A stretch of DNA of 62,598 bases, the filler included, from Deltaproteobacteria bacterium (GTDB taxonomy: Bacteria; CG2-30-53-67): the NCBI GenBank assembly GCA_013151235.1. It is 4 parts of 4 records of this genome, joined end to end, with 100 filler letters (N's around TTAATTAATTAA, not from the genome) between each part and the next. Parts side by side here need not be neighbours in the genome. Positions count along the whole stretch, not along the records: positions 33,517 to 58,896 come from JAADIO010000050.1; 3 more parts are not named here. One strand, given 5' to 3'. The notes beneath the pieces were generated by a model. It searched no databases. It saw only the letters and a program-made list of their open reading frames with translations, and had not been told where the DNA came from. Position 1 is the first letter of the stretch; each line of letters begins with the position of its first letter. Position numbers and translations under genes: made by a program. Positions 48,267 through 58,896 of the stretch are shown one piece after another.

Positions 48267-49424
48267 TCATCCTCTCTTCTCGATGGGAAGATAAGGCAGG
48301 TCCTTCGGCCCGTCATAGACGGCCCGGGGACGGAAAAGCCGGTTGTCTTCCAGGTATTCGAGAATCCGTGCGACCCATCCGGCAATGCGGCTGACCGCGA
48401 AGATCGGGGTGAAAAGGCTGCCTTCGATGCCGAGGCTGTGATAGACCAGGCCGGAATAAAAGTCGACGTTGGGAAAGATCCCTTTTTCCCCGTAGGCCTT
48501 GGTGACCCGCTGCTCCAGGGTCCGGGCGATTTCAAAGAGAGGCTTGTTTCCGGTCAGCGCCGTCAGCTCCTTCGCATAGCGTTGCAGGATTCTTGCCCGG
48601 GGATCATAGGTCTTGTAGACCCGGTGCCCGAAGCCCATGATTTTTGTCTTTTTCGCCAGGGCCTTCTCCACAAATGTTTCCGCTTCGGCCGGTGATGCAA
48701 TTCCCGTCAGCATCCGGATAACCCGCTCGTTGGCCCCGCCGTGAAGCGGCCCCTTCAGGGTGGAAATCCCGGCCGAAACGGCGGAGTGGAGGTCGCTCAG
48801 TGTGGAAGCCACCACCATGGCGGCGAAGGTTGAGGCGTTCATCCCGTGATCGGCATGGAGGATGAGGCAAAGATCCATCACCCGCTCCTCCAGCGGTTCC
48901 GCCCGGTTGCCCCGGAGCATGTAGAGAAAATTGGCTCCGTGCGGAAGGGACGGATCGGGAGCCACCGGTTCTTTCCCCTCCCGATGTCGTGCAATGGCTG
49001 CCGTCAGGGTGGCCATCTGGGCGATCAGCCGGATACCTGCCTCTTTCTTCTCCGGCAGCTCGTCGGCAATTCTGCAGGTCTCATCGATGCATTCCAAAAG
49101 CGAGATTCCCGAGCGGAGCAGCGACATGGGATGGCAGGGACAGGGAAGGTGAGTAATGCGCGACAGAACCTCGTCGGGGATTCCGCGCAAAGCGGTCAGA
49201 TGGTCCGCAAACTTTCCAAGCTCTGACCGGGTAGGCAGGTTTCCGTTCAGGAGTAGGCAAACCGTTTCTTCGTAGGTGGAGTATGCGGCCAAATCCTCTA
49301 TTGCGTAACCCCGGTAGGAGAGCTTTCCCGCGACGCCGTCGACATAACCGATCCGGGTCGTATTGGAAATGACTCCTTCTAACCCTTTTGAAAAATCCGT
49401 GGGCCTCTTACGTTCTTCTTCCAT
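48267..49424 (-). CDS. gltA: Citrate synthase (type I / 2-methylcitrate synthase-like)
   Basis: GLEGV, HADHGMNASTF, GPLHGGAN, MGFGHRVY, PNVDFYSG. Confidence 0.85.
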   Translation of the reverse strand: MEEERKRPTDFSKGLEGVISNTTRIGYVDGVAGKLSYRGYAIEDLAAYSTYEETVCLLLNGNLPTRSELGKFADHLTALRGIPDEVLSRITHLPCPCHPMSLLRSGISLLECIDETCRIADELPEKKEAGIRLIAQMATLTAAIARHREGKEPVAPDPSLPHGANFLYMLRGNRAEPLEERVMDLCLILHADHGMNASTFAAMVVASTLSDLHSAVSAGISTLKGPLHGGANERVIRMLTGIASPAEAETFVEKALAKKTKIMGFGHRVYKTYDPRARILQRYAKELTALTGNKPLFEIARTLEQRVTKAYGEKGIFPNVDFYSGLVYHSLGIEGSLFTPIFAVSRIAGWVARILEYLEDNRLFRPRAVYDGPKDLPYLPIEKRG

Positions 49425-49499
49425 AACTTCCTCCCGGCGGGAGAAAGTATAGCAGATCGTTCTATGTTTGTCATTCCGCCCGGAGTTGATGTCAAAATT

Positions 49500-52049
49500 T
49501 CAAAATGTTTTTTCTGTTGCTTTGTTGTGGTCGAGGATCTTTCGCAGTTTTGTCGCTAATGTTGTGGGGGTGATCGGTTTCTGGAGAAAAGCGGCTCCCT
49601 GGTCAAAGAGCCCATGCTGTGCGATGTGGTTGTCGGTATATCCCGATATGAAAATGACCGGCAGCCCGGGGCGTTGGTCGGCCAGGGCTTCACTGAGGAG
49701 GACCCCGTTGATTCCGGGCATAACGACATCGGTGAGAAGAAGGTCAATCGTTCCGGGATGGGCCCGGCTCACGTCGAGGGCCTCCATTCCGGAGGTGGCG
49801 GAGAGAACGGTATAGCCGAGGTTATCCAGTGTGTCGACAATCAGTTGCAGAATGGTCGGTTCGTCTTCGACGACGAGGACGGTTTCTTTGCCGCCCTGCA
49901 GGGGGATGCTGTCTCCTTCTTTTACTTCCGGAAGGGGCGAGGCGTCGGCCGGGAGATAAATCCTGAAGGTCGTTCCCTTTCCCGATTCGCTGTAGACCCG
50001 GATGAAGCCTTCGTGCTGTTTGACTATTCCGTAGACCGTGGCCAGCCCGAGGCCGGTTCCCCGGCCGATCTCCTTGGTGGTGAAGAAGGGCTCGAAGATT
50101 TTTTCCCGGACTTCCGGGGGCATTCCTTCCCCCGTATCGGTGACGGCCAGCATCACATAGTGCCCCGGAATGATTCCTTCGTGTTTTCGAAGATATTCTT
50201 CTTCCAGAATGATGTCTGAGGTCCTAATGGAGAGTCGGCCTCCCCGGGGCATGGCATCCCGTGCATTGACGACCAGGTTCATCAGAATCTGTTCAATCTG
50301 GCCGGCGTCGGCCAGGACGTTTTTCACAGGTCTTGTTGTGTGGAGAGTGAGCGTGATGTCTTCGCTAATCAGGCGGTGGAACATCTTTCCCATCTCGTTG
50401 ACGATGGTGTTCAGGTTGACCGGTTTGATCTCCAGGACCTGTTTTCGGCTGAAGGCGAGGAGTTGCCGGGTCAACCGGGCAGCCTTGTTGCCGGCCTCTT
50501 CAATGATCTTCAGGTGTTCCCGCACCGGGTCTCCGCTGGGGAGGGCATCCAGTGCCAGTTCCGCATAGCCGAGGATGGCGGAGAGCATGTTGTTGAAATC
50601 GTGGGCCACCCCGCCGGCAAGGCGGCCGATGGACTCCATCTTCTGTGACTGCTGGAGCTGCCCCTGGAGGTGTTTCCGTTCCTCTTCTGCGGTTTTTTGT
50701 GCCGTGACGTCCCGGACAACATGGACCAGGCCGATGACCCGGTTGGTTGCATCCAGGCGGGGCAGTGCCTTGATTTCGAGATATTTCTGCAAATGGGGTT
50801 CATAGAGTTCCGAGACGGAGGCGGTGCCGCTTTCCAACGTCCGGCAACTGGGGCATCTTTCCGGTGGTGTGCGGGTTCCGTGATAAGATTCGGAACATTT
50901 CCTCTCCAGGATCTCTATGCAGGAAAGCCCCAGCATTTCTTCCGCAGCACGGTTGGTCTGAATGATGTTGAAGTCCTTGTCATGAACGGTGATCGCCTCA
51001 TTGATGATGTTGAAGGTTTCTTCCCATTCCCGGTTGTGCTTGAGGATCGTCTCCTGCATCTCCCGGACTTCGGTGATGTCGCGGATCACATGGACGGAGC
51101 CGATGATCTCTTCCTGTTCATCCAGAACCGGGTCAACGGCGATATGGATCCACATCGACTGTTCCTGCAAAAACAGCTCCTGTTCTTCATGCCGTCTGGA
51201 GCGGAACATCCGTTTCATGGGACAACTTTTTATCGAGTCCTCTTTGTGGCAGAAAAGACGGTAACATTTCTCTCCTATGATTTCGGTGTAAGTTTTTCCG
51301 AGGAACCTTGTGGCTGCCCGGTTGGCTTTGACGATACGGTGTTCCCGGTCGAGCATCAGGATGATGTCCCGGGTGGTGTCGAAGGTGGTCCGCCATTCCT
51401 CCGAGGCCCGGATCAGCGCCTTCTCATGTTCTTTGCGTTCCGTAATGTTCCGGATAAAGCCTGCGGCATGCCAGGAATTGCCGACCTGCATGGCGGAAGT
51501 GGAAACCTCGATCGGGAAGATGGTTCCGTCTTTCCGTATGGCCGTGAACTCCCCGGTCTTTCCGACGACCGGCCCCCGGCCGCTTTTCCGGAAATGCCGG
51601 AATCCTTCTCGGTAATTTCCGTGAAAGGTTTCCGGAGCCAGAAAGGTATGAAGCTCCCGTCCCAGTGCCTCCTGGCTGGAATAGCCGAACATCCGTTCTG
51701 CTGCGGGGTTCCAGTAGGAAATCAGCCCCCGGTCATTCATGAGAATGATGGCGTCGGTTGCCGTATTACTGATGGCCATAAATTTCCGGTCGCTTGCCTT
51801 CAGCTGTTCTGCGACTTTGCGGCGTTTTTCCCGAACCTCGAAAAGGAGGGAGGTGAAAAGGAGCGTGACGGAAATAATGAGGAGCCGTTCCCAGAGTTCT
51901 CGAGGATTGCTGTTCAACAACTGGGCGCCAAAACTCCCTCCCGTAGAGAAAAGGGTCTCCATCGCCGATTCCAGGCCCCAGATTATGGCCCCGATCCCGA
52001 ATCCGGCGAGAAGGATCCAACGGAACCTGTTCTTTGCCGTCACAATCAA
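49500..52049 (-). CDS. Membrane-anchored multi-PAS hybrid histidine kinase
   Basis: Two TM helices, three PAS domains, [17 protein letters not shown]-terminal receiver. Confidence 0.92.
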   Translation of the reverse strand: MIVTAKNRFRWILLAGFGIGAIIWGLESAMETLFSTGGSFGAQLLNSNPRELWERLLIISVTLLFTSLLFEVREKRRKVAEQLKASDRKFMAISNTATDAIILMNDRGLISYWNPAAERMFGYSSQEALGRELHTFLAPETFHGNYREGFRHFRKSGRGPVVGKTGEFTAIRKDGTIFPIEVSTSAMQVGNSWHAAGFIRNITERKEHEKALIRASEEWRTTFDTTRDIILMLDREHRIVKANRAATRFLGKTYTEIIGEKCYRLFCHKEDSIKSCPMKRMFRSRRHEEQELFLQEQSMWIHIAVDPVLDEQEEIIGSVHVIRDITEVREMQETILKHNREWEETFNIINEAITVHDKDFNIIQTNRAAEEMLGLSCIEILERKCSESYHGTRTPPERCPSCRTLESGTASVSELYEPHLQKYLEIKALPRLDATNRVIGLVHVVRDVTAQKTAEEERKHLQGQLQQSQKMESIGRLAGGVAHDFNNMLSAILGYAELALDALPSGDPVREHLKIIEEAGNKAARLTRQLLAFSRKQVLEIKPVNLNTIVNEMGKMFHRLISEDITLTLHTTRPVKNVLADAGQIEQILMNLVVNARDAMPRGGRLSIRTSDIILEEEYLRKHEGIIPGHYVMLAVTDTGEGMPPEVREKIFEPFFTTKEIGRGTGLGLATVYGIVKQHEGFIRVYSESGKGTTFRIYLPADASPLPEVKEGDSIPLQGGKETVLVVEDEPTILQLIVDTLDNLGYTVLSATSGMEALDVSRAHPGTIDLLLTDVVMPGINGVLLSEALADQRPGLPVIFISGYTDNHIAQHGLFDQGAAFLQKPITPTTLATKLRKILDHNKATEKTF

Positions 52050-52206
52050 AACCTCAATGCATATTCGGTTAAACCGACTGAAAATGTAACAGAAGAGAAA
52101 ACATGCTGTTACCCAGATCGGATTACTTCCAGCGGGACTTTAATGTTTTTCGATAAAAATTGACAACCCGGAGTGCTTTGTAATAGTTTTGGACCACTTA
52201 AATTAA

Positions 52207-52402
52207 GGTGGCTTCGTAAAAAGTCCGCCCGTCCCTTCGACTGGCTCAGGACAGGCGTGCTCAGGGCGAATGTCGTAAGTGATTAATATTCCGTTCGTGT
52301 GGTTCGGCCGGCTTCCGAGCATGGTGAGCTTGCCGAACCACATGCCCGGAAGCTTGTCGGACCATGAATAGGACCCGGAGAATGATTTTTTACGAGGCCA
52401 GC
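52207..52402. mobile_element. MITE family A, diverged complete copy
   Basis: GGTGGCTTCGTAAAAAGTC / GATTTTTTACGAGGCCAGC with AATTAA on both sides. Confidence 0.85.
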
Positions 52403-52469
52403 AATTAAAAATGGACTCGCAGAAATTCCTCTGGAAGTTCAAGGTATGCAGGCACAAGGAGCAAAGAAA

Positions 52470-53108
52470 ATGGACGAGCAGATGAACCAAGCCTGGCAAC
52501 TTCTTGCAGAGACGGCCGGGAAGAACAAGCCGGAATGGAAGAAATCGATTCTTGATCATGCACGGATCGTGCATGATCTTTCCCTGCGGCTGGCCGATCT
52601 TTTCAGCGAGGACCGGCAAGTCGACGTGGAAACGGTACAATTGGGGGCGGTTTTGCACGATGTGGGACGGAGCCGTGCGGATCGGGTCGTGGAACACGGG
52701 ATTAAAAGCGGCGAGATGCTCCGGGAGGAAGGGTTCCCCGAAGGAGCGGCCCGGATTGCTGAAACCCATGTCGGTGTTGGGATAACGCCGGAACAGGCAG
52801 CTTCCCTGGGGCTTCCCGAAGGGAATTATATCCCGGAAACCCTGGAGGAGAGGATCGTCTGTTATGCCGACAACCTGCTCAACTATCTTGTCGATGAGGG
52901 GCGTCATGAACTGGTGGACCGCCGGGCCGTGGTCAAACGTTTTTCGTTGGAATTAGGGGAAGAATATGGAAAACGGGCGGAGGATTTTATGACCGGTCTT
53001 GAAATGGAATTGGGGCCGGAACGTTTTGTTCGGTTTCGGCGCTATGTGGAGGAGGTGAATGAACGGCTGCAAACGGGTGAACGGGGTGAAGAGTCAGATC
53101 AGGATTAA
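52470..53108 (+). CDS. HD-domain (HDIG-type) phosphohydrolase
   Basis: H..LHDVGRS, HG, ETHVGVG, PETLEERIVCYADNL. Confidence 0.82.
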   Translation: MDEQMNQAWQLLAETAGKNKPEWKKSILDHARIVHDLSLRLADLFSEDRQVDVETVQLGAVLHDVGRSRADRVVEHGIKSGEMLREEGFPEGAARIAETHVGVGITPEQAASLGLPEGNYIPETLEERIVCYADNLLNYLVDEGRHELVDRRAVVKRFSLELGEEYGKRAEDFMTGLEMELGPERFVRFRRYVEEVNERLQTGERGEESDQD

Positions 53109-53161
53109 GAGGAATGGTGATAGGGTGACCCTGATAAAAGGCGGCATCGATCTTGATCTTA

Positions 53162-53305
53162 GTGTCCTGTTCCTAAATACGGAGGCATTTGGGTGCCGCA
53201 GAACGGCCTCCTCTATGTTGTGCTCCCTACCGTACCTTACGCATGCCTTGATGAGACCGTCCTGCAACCCTCTCGGTGCGTCACAGTATTTATGAACAGG
53301 ACCAC
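53162..53305. mobile_element. MITE family B (degenerate)
   Basis: GTCCTGTTCCTAAATAC / GTATTTATGAACAGGAC (16/17 inverted match), TTA on both flanks, internal dyad GCAGAACGGCCTC/GAGACCGTCCTGC. Confidence 0.65.
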
Positions 53306-53573
53306 TTAACCTTTCAGGTGTTTGCTTGTGCGCCGGCTGCCGGTTGGATCCGACAGTAGAACAGCGTTTTATGGTTCCTTCGGGAATGCGGATATAATAA
53401 TATATCCTAATACCTTTATTAGAATAACAAATGTTTTGGTGATTCGATTTTTCTTGATTCCTGCTTGTGATCGGACTAAAATACGCCACTTACTGATCAG
53501 CAAATCCGCTACGGGTAAGCGGGAACCTCCTGATTGACGACATCTTGTCAAGTAGGTATCAGAACTATTAACT

Positions 53574-53601
53574 TTGCGACCACATCTTATGTAAATATAA
53601 T
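53574..53601 (+). promoter_or_regulatory. Candidate sigma-70 promoter of aprBA
   Basis: TTGCGA-N16-TATAAT in an AT-rich upstream region. Confidence 0.5.
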
Positions 53602-53844
53602 CATATTCTAATTTGTTGTTCTGGTTCGGATCTGAATTTATGTTCTATTGTTTTTCTTCCAACAAGTTTTCCACGCAACATTCCTTATCGGGAATTGTAT
53701 ATATACACCCTGTCGTTTTTGTTGACTTGAATATTCATGAATGATGAAGGGAGGTGAATAGGGGGTTGTAAGGTGGGTCTGTCTGCGCGGGGTACCCTGC
53801 ATGGAGGCCCGCAGGATTTCATTCTTTTATTGGAGGATTGAAAG

Positions 53845-54264
53845 ATGCCAAGTTTTGTAATCGCTGAAAAATGCGACGGCTGTAAAGGACAGGACAAAAC
53901 CGCCTGCCAGTACATCTGTCCGAACGACCTGATGGTCCTCGACAGAGAAAAGATGAAGGCATTCAACCAGGAAGCGGAGCAGTGCTGGGAGTGTTACAAC
54001 TGCGTCAAGATCTGTCCTCAGCAGGCGATCGAAGTACGCGGTTATGCCGACTATGTTCCCTTGGGGGGCAATGTAATCCCCATGCGGTCAACCGACTCCA
54101 TCATGTGGACGGTCAAATTCCGGAACGGGACGTTGAAGCGATTCAAGTTTCCCATTCGGACCACGGCCGAGGGGTCCATTGATCCTTACGGCGGAATGCC
54201 GGAAGCGGATTTTTCCAAGCTCAAGGATCCGGGGTTTTTCAATTACGATGCACGTAAGGAATAG
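53845..54264 (+). CDS. aprB: Adenylylsulfate reductase beta subunit
   Basis: CDGCKGQDKTACQYICP, CWECYNCVKICP, IMWTVKFRNG..KRFKFPIRTT. Confidence 0.96.
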   Translation: MPSFVIAEKCDGCKGQDKTACQYICPNDLMVLDREKMKAFNQEAEQCWECYNCVKICPQQAIEVRGYADYVPLGGNVIPMRSTDSIMWTVKFRNGTLKRFKFPIRTTAEGSIDPYGGMPEADFSKLKDPGFFNYDARKE

Positions 54265-54284
54265 GACATAGGAGGAGCGTAAAC

Positions 54285-56291
54285 ATGGAAAAAGAGACCA
54301 ACACTTTTGCACATAGCGAGAAGCCGGAAGTCGTTGAGGTGGAGACCGATCTTCTCTTCATCGGCGGCGGGATGGCGGCCTGCGGTGCGGCTTATGAGGC
54401 CAGCCGTTGGGCGACTCCGAAAGGGCTGAAGATCACCATGATCGACAAGGCGGCCGCGGAGCGCAGCGGTTCCGTGGCCATGGGGCTTTCCGCCATCAAT
54501 ACTTACATGGGTGAGAACAAGGTGGCTGATTATGTCCGGTACGTCCGGGCCGACCTGATGGGGATCATCCGGGAAGACCTCGTTTTCGATCTTGGTCGTC
54601 ACGTCGACGATTCCGTCATGCTCTTCGAGGAGTGGGGACTTCCGATCTGGAAGAAGGGAGATGACGGTTTCTCTCTCGATGGACACCAGTCCAAGGCCGC
54701 CGGCAAGGCCTCCCTGCGGGACGGCGGAACGCCGGTCCGTTCCGGAAAGTGGCAGATCATGATCAACGGTGAGTCCTACAAGCCGATCGTTGCCGAAGCC
54801 GCCAAGAAGGCCCTGGAGATTAACCGTGAAGCCACCGGGGTAGAGCAGAACCTTTACGAGCGTGTGTTCATTACCCGGATGCTTCTGGATGCCGACAAGC
54901 CGAACACCATTGCCGGTGCCGTCGGTTTCAGCGTCCGTGAAAACAAGGCCTACGTCTTCAAGGCGAAAGCCATTCTCTGCGTCCCCGGCGGCGCCGTGAA
55001 CGTCTACCGTCCGCGGTCCATCGGTGAAGGCATGGGTCGGACCTGGTTCTCCGTCTGGAATGCCGGTTCGGGTTATGCCATGGGTGCCCAGGTCGGTGCG
55101 GAGATGACCCTGATGGAAAACCGTTTCGTCCCGGCCCGTTTCAAAGACGGGTATGGTCCGGTCGGCGCCTGGTTCCTTTTCTTCAAGGCCAAGGCGACCA
55201 ATTCCCTCGGTGAAGATTACTGCGCCAACGAAGAAAACATTGCCGCTGCGAGAAAGAAATACGGCAAGTACGTCGACGTAATGGGAACCACCATCCGGAA
55301 CCACCTGATGATGGAAGACATGAAGCAGGGCAAGGGTCCCATGATTATGCGGACCCATGAGGCCATGGCCGCGATGGCTCAAGGCTTCAATGACAAGCTT
55401 GGCGAGAAGGAAGGGAAGAAGAGGATGAAGCACCTCGAGGCCGAGGCGTGGGAAGACTTCCTCGATATGACCATTGGTCAGGTCGGGATGTGGGCTGCCT
55501 GCAACATCGAGCCGGACAAGGTCCCGTCCGAGATCATCCCCTCCGAGCCTTATCTCCTTGGTTCCCATGCCGGATGTGCCGGTTTCTGGACCAGTGGTCC
55601 CGGAGACATTGAAGGCGCTCCTGCCGAGTGGTCTTGGGGATACAACCGGATGAGTACGGTGAACGGCCTCTTTATGGCCGGTGACACCTGCGGTGCTTCC
55701 GGGCACAAGTTTTCCTCCGGTTCCCATGCGGAAGGCCGGATGGCCGGGAAGGCCATGGTTTCCTATATTCTCGATAATGCCGATTTCCAGCCCTCCTTCA
55801 AGGAGAACGTGGATGATCTCATTGCAGAGATCTATCTGCCGCGGGAAATTTTCGAGAAGTACCAGGCCTATTCCACGAGTGCCGATGTCAATCCGAATTT
55901 CATCAAGCCTGAAATGTACCAGAAGCGCCTGATGAAGATCATGGATGAGTATGTGGCCGGCGTCGGGACCATGTTTACCACCAGTGCGACCCTTATTAAT
56001 GAAGGTCTGAAGAAGCTTGACATGCTCCGGGAAGATGCGAGCCATCTGGCTGCCTCCGATCTTCATGAGCTCCTTCGCTGCTGGGAAAACTACCATCGGT
56101 TGCTGACGGCCGAGGCCCATGCACGGCACATCCTCTTCCGTGAGGAAACGCGGTATCCGGGTTATTACTACCGGGCCGATCATGACTACATTGATGATGA
56201 AAACTGGAAGTGTTTCACCAACTCCCGTCGGGATCCCGAGACGGGGGAATGGGAACACAAGAAGGTTCCCTACGTTCAGCTTTACGAGTAG
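54285..56291 (+). CDS. aprA: Adenylylsulfate reductase alpha subunit
   Basis: AMGLSAINTY, GKWQIMINGESYK, RFKDGYGPVGAWFL, GHKFSSGSHAEGR, EETRYPGYYYR. Confidence 0.97.
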   Translation: MEKETNTFAHSEKPEVVEVETDLLFIGGGMAACGAAYEASRWATPKGLKITMIDKAAAERSGSVAMGLSAINTYMGENKVADYVRYVRADLMGIIREDLVFDLGRHVDDSVMLFEEWGLPIWKKGDDGFSLDGHQSKAAGKASLRDGGTPVRSGKWQIMINGESYKPIVAEAAKKALEINREATGVEQNLYERVFITRMLLDADKPNTIAGAVGFSVRENKAYVFKAKAILCVPGGAVNVYRPRSIGEGMGRTWFSVWNAGSGYAMGAQVGAEMTLMENRFVPARFKDGYGPVGAWFLFFKAKATNSLGEDYCANEENIAAARKKYGKYVDVMGTTIRNHLMMEDMKQGKGPMIMRTHEAMAAMAQGFNDKLGEKEGKKRMKHLEAEAWEDFLDMTIGQVGMWAACNIEPDKVPSEIIPSEPYLLGSHAGCAGFWTSGPGDIEGAPAEWSWGYNRMSTVNGLFMAGDTCGASGHKFSSGSHAEGRMAGKAMVSYILDNADFQPSFKENVDDLIAEIYLPREIFEKYQAYSTSADVNPNFIKPEMYQKRLMKIMDEYVAGVGTMFTTSATLINEGLKKLDMLREDASHLAASDLHELLRCWENYHRLLTAEAHARHILFREETRYPGYYYRADHDYIDDENWKCFTNSRRDPETGEWEHKKVPYVQLYE

Positions 56292-56299
56292 TTCCCAAT

Positions 56300-56328
56300 T
56301 CTCCGGGCGCAGAAACTGCGCCCGGAGA
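56300..56328 (+). terminator. Strong stem-loop after aprA
   Basis: TCTCCGGGCGCAG-AAA-CTGCGCCCGGAGA, a perfect 13-bp stem with a weak U-tract. Confidence 0.65.
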
Positions 56329-56369
56329 GTTATGAAAATCATTCATTCTTTGTTTTGTAACACATTCAT

Positions 56370-56540
56370 GATGAAGTCGTAAAAAGTCCGTTCGACCCTT
56401 CGACCCTTCGACCAGCTCAGGACAGGCGTGCTCAGGGCGAACGGTGTAAGTCATTGATGTGTGGTTCGGCAAGCTCACCATGCTCGGAAGCCTGTCGAAC
56501 CATGAACGGAATCCGAAAAACGACTTTTTACGAGACCATC
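56370..56540. mobile_element. MITE family A, complete copy
   Basis: Same TIRs as 24950-25103; 6-bp direct repeat ATTCAT on both sides. Confidence 0.9.
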
Positions 56541-56659
56541 ATTCATCGAAGGGATGGTTTTCATAGCTTGTTCGATGTTCCCGGTTTCTTTCGATGTTTG
56601 GACCCGCATGCTGAGTCCGTAGCGGGAGGAACCTGTGATGTGAATACGGAGGCGATGAT

Positions 56660-57916
56660 ATGTCAGATCAAGGAAAAACCATTCTGATTGTGGGAGGCGG
56701 GATCAGCGGGATGACCACGGCGATTGAGGCGGCGGAGGCCGGCTACAAGGCTGTGATTGTCGAGCGGAACAGCTATCTGGGTGGCCGTGTTGCCCAGATG
56801 AACAAGTATTTTCCGAAGCTCTGCCCCCCTTATTGCGGCATGGAAATCAATTTTCGCAGGATCCGTTCCAATCCCAATGTCCGAAGCTATACCCAGGCTC
56901 AATTAGAGAGTCTGAAGAAGGAGAACGGAACCTACAAGGCAACGGTCAAAGTGAAGCCCCGTTTCGTCAATTCCAAGTGTACGGCTTGCGGTGAATGCGA
57001 AAAGGCCTGTCCCGTGGATCGTCCAAACGATTTCAATTACGGCATGGATACGACCAAGGCCGCCTATCTACCCCACGAGATGGCTTTTCCGGCGCGTTAT
57101 GTTATCGACGGCACTGTTTGTCAGGGAACCGGTTGCGGAAAATGTGTTGAAGTCTGCAAATACAATGCCATTGAACTGGAGATGCAGCCGGAGACCGTGG
57201 AGATTGAGGCCGATGCCGTGGTCATGGCGACCGGATGGAATCCGTATGACCCGAACAAGATTGATAATCTTTCCTTCGGGTCGTCTCCGAACATTCTCAC
57301 GAATGTCATGATGGAACGTCTGGCGGCGGTGAACGGCCCGACGGGTGGCAAGATCCAGCGTCCTTCCGACGGGAAAGAACCGGCATCGGTTGCTTTCGTG
57401 CAGTGTGCAGGGTCGAGGGATGAAAATCACATGCAACACTGTTCCGCCGTCTGCTGTCTGGCAACATTCAAACATATTTCCTATCTTCATGAACAGAACC
57501 CGGAGATCCAGGCCTACATGTTCTATATTGATCTTCGGGCACAGGGAAAATATGAGGCCTTTGTGCAGACAGTTTCCGCACAGGAAAATACGACCTTGAT
57601 CAAAGGAAAAGTCGCAGAGATCACCGAAGACGGGTCATCGGGAGGCCTCATCGTCACGGCGGAGAATGCCGTCACGGGTGAGAAAATCCATCAGAAGGTG
57701 GATATGGTTGTCCTGGCCACGGGGATGGATCCAAGCAGTAATGAAATACGCCCTCCCGTCTCCATGGAGTATGAGATGAGCGGGTTCATGGTTCCCTCAT
57801 CCGATCCGGGGGTTGTTGCCGCCGGTGTTGCAAAGAAACCGACCGATGTGGCTTCCTGTACCCAGGATGCTACCGCCGCCGCGCTGAGAGCGATTCAAAG
57901 CATTGTAAGGAGGTAA
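56660..57916 (+). CDS. qmoA: QmoA (HdrA-like flavoprotein)
   Basis: GGGISG FAD motif, KYFPKLCPP.CG.EIN, QCAGSRD; directly after aprA. Confidence 0.9.
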   Translation: MSDQGKTILIVGGGISGMTTAIEAAEAGYKAVIVERNSYLGGRVAQMNKYFPKLCPPYCGMEINFRRIRSNPNVRSYTQAQLESLKKENGTYKATVKVKPRFVNSKCTACGECEKACPVDRPNDFNYGMDTTKAAYLPHEMAFPARYVIDGTVCQGTGCGKCVEVCKYNAIELEMQPETVEIEADAVVMATGWNPYDPNKIDNLSFGSSPNILTNVMMERLAAVNGPTGGKIQRPSDGKEPASVAFVQCAGSRDENHMQHCSAVCCLATFKHISYLHEQNPEIQAYMFYIDLRAQGKYEAFVQTVSAQENTTLIKGKVAEITEDGSSGGLIVTAENAVTGEKIHQKVDMVVLATGMDPSSNEIRPPVSMEYEMSGFMVPSSDPGVVAAGVAKKPTDVASCTQDATAAALRAIQSIVRR

Positions 57917-57920
57917 CTCG

Positions 57921-58896
57921 ATGGAGAAAAAATTAGGGGTTTACATCTGCACCGGTTGTTCAATCGGCGACTCCCTTGATTCGGAGGCGTTGAACAAGGT
58001 GGCGACCAATGAATATAAGGCGTCGATCTGCAAAAATCATGCGGCCTTGTGCAGTGACGAGGGGGTACAGCAGATCAAGGATGATATCGCCGACGAAGGA
58101 GTCAATACCCTCGTGATTGGTGCCTGTTCCCCCCGGGTGATGTACGATATCTTTGATTTCGGTTCCGAGCGGATCACGGAGCGGGTGAACCTGAGGGAGC
58201 ATGTGGTCTGGTGCCAGCCTCCCAACGATGAAGATACGCAGATGCTCGCCGAGGATTATCTCCGGATGGGGATCGTGAAGGCTCAGAAACGGGAACTGCC
58301 GGAACCGCACATTGAAGAGATCGGTCGGACAATCCTCGTTGTCGGCGGAGGAATCACCGGGATGAAGGCGGCCCTGGATGCCTCCCGGGCCGATCATAAG
58401 GTGGTCCTTGTGGAAAAGGAGGCGCAACTCGGCGGCTTCGGGCGGAAGATGTACAAGCAGTATCCCAAATCGGCCTCCTTCGATACTCTCCAGGATCCGG
58501 AATATGCCGGACTCATCCGGCAGGTTGAGGCCGATGAGAATATTGAAGTCATTCTTCCGGCGACCATGGAAAACATTACCGGTCAGCCGGGTCTCTATAC
58601 GGCCGTGATCGTGAAAGAGGATGGCTCGACGGAAGAACGGAAGATCGGCACGATTATCCAGGCCGCCGGTTGGCAGCCCTACGAGGCGGAGAAATTAGGG
58701 CATCTTGGTTATGGCAGCAGCCCGAATATTATTACCAACGTACAGATGGAGGAGATGGCCTCCTCAAATAACGGATCGATCAAGCGTCCTTCCGATGGAA
58801 AGACGGCAAAGAATGTTGTTTTTATCCAGTGTGCCGGTTCCCGGGATCCGGAGCATCTTCCTTATTGTTCCACGGTCTGCTGCATGGTCTCCCTGA
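57921..58896 (+). CDS. qmoB: QmoB (HdrA-like), N-terminal part
   Basis: GVYICTGC, ACSPRV, RVNLREHVVW, GGGITG, QCAGSRD..YCSTVCC; cut by the gap. Confidence 0.88.

Noticed and set aside
52203-52907. ORFs ending in MITE-derived peptides (also 24777-25109, 56215-56481, 56454-56687)
   Set aside because: Shared peptides such as WFGKLTMLGS and PEHACPE are translations of the repeat.
53722-53745. placeholder
   Set aside because: placeholder
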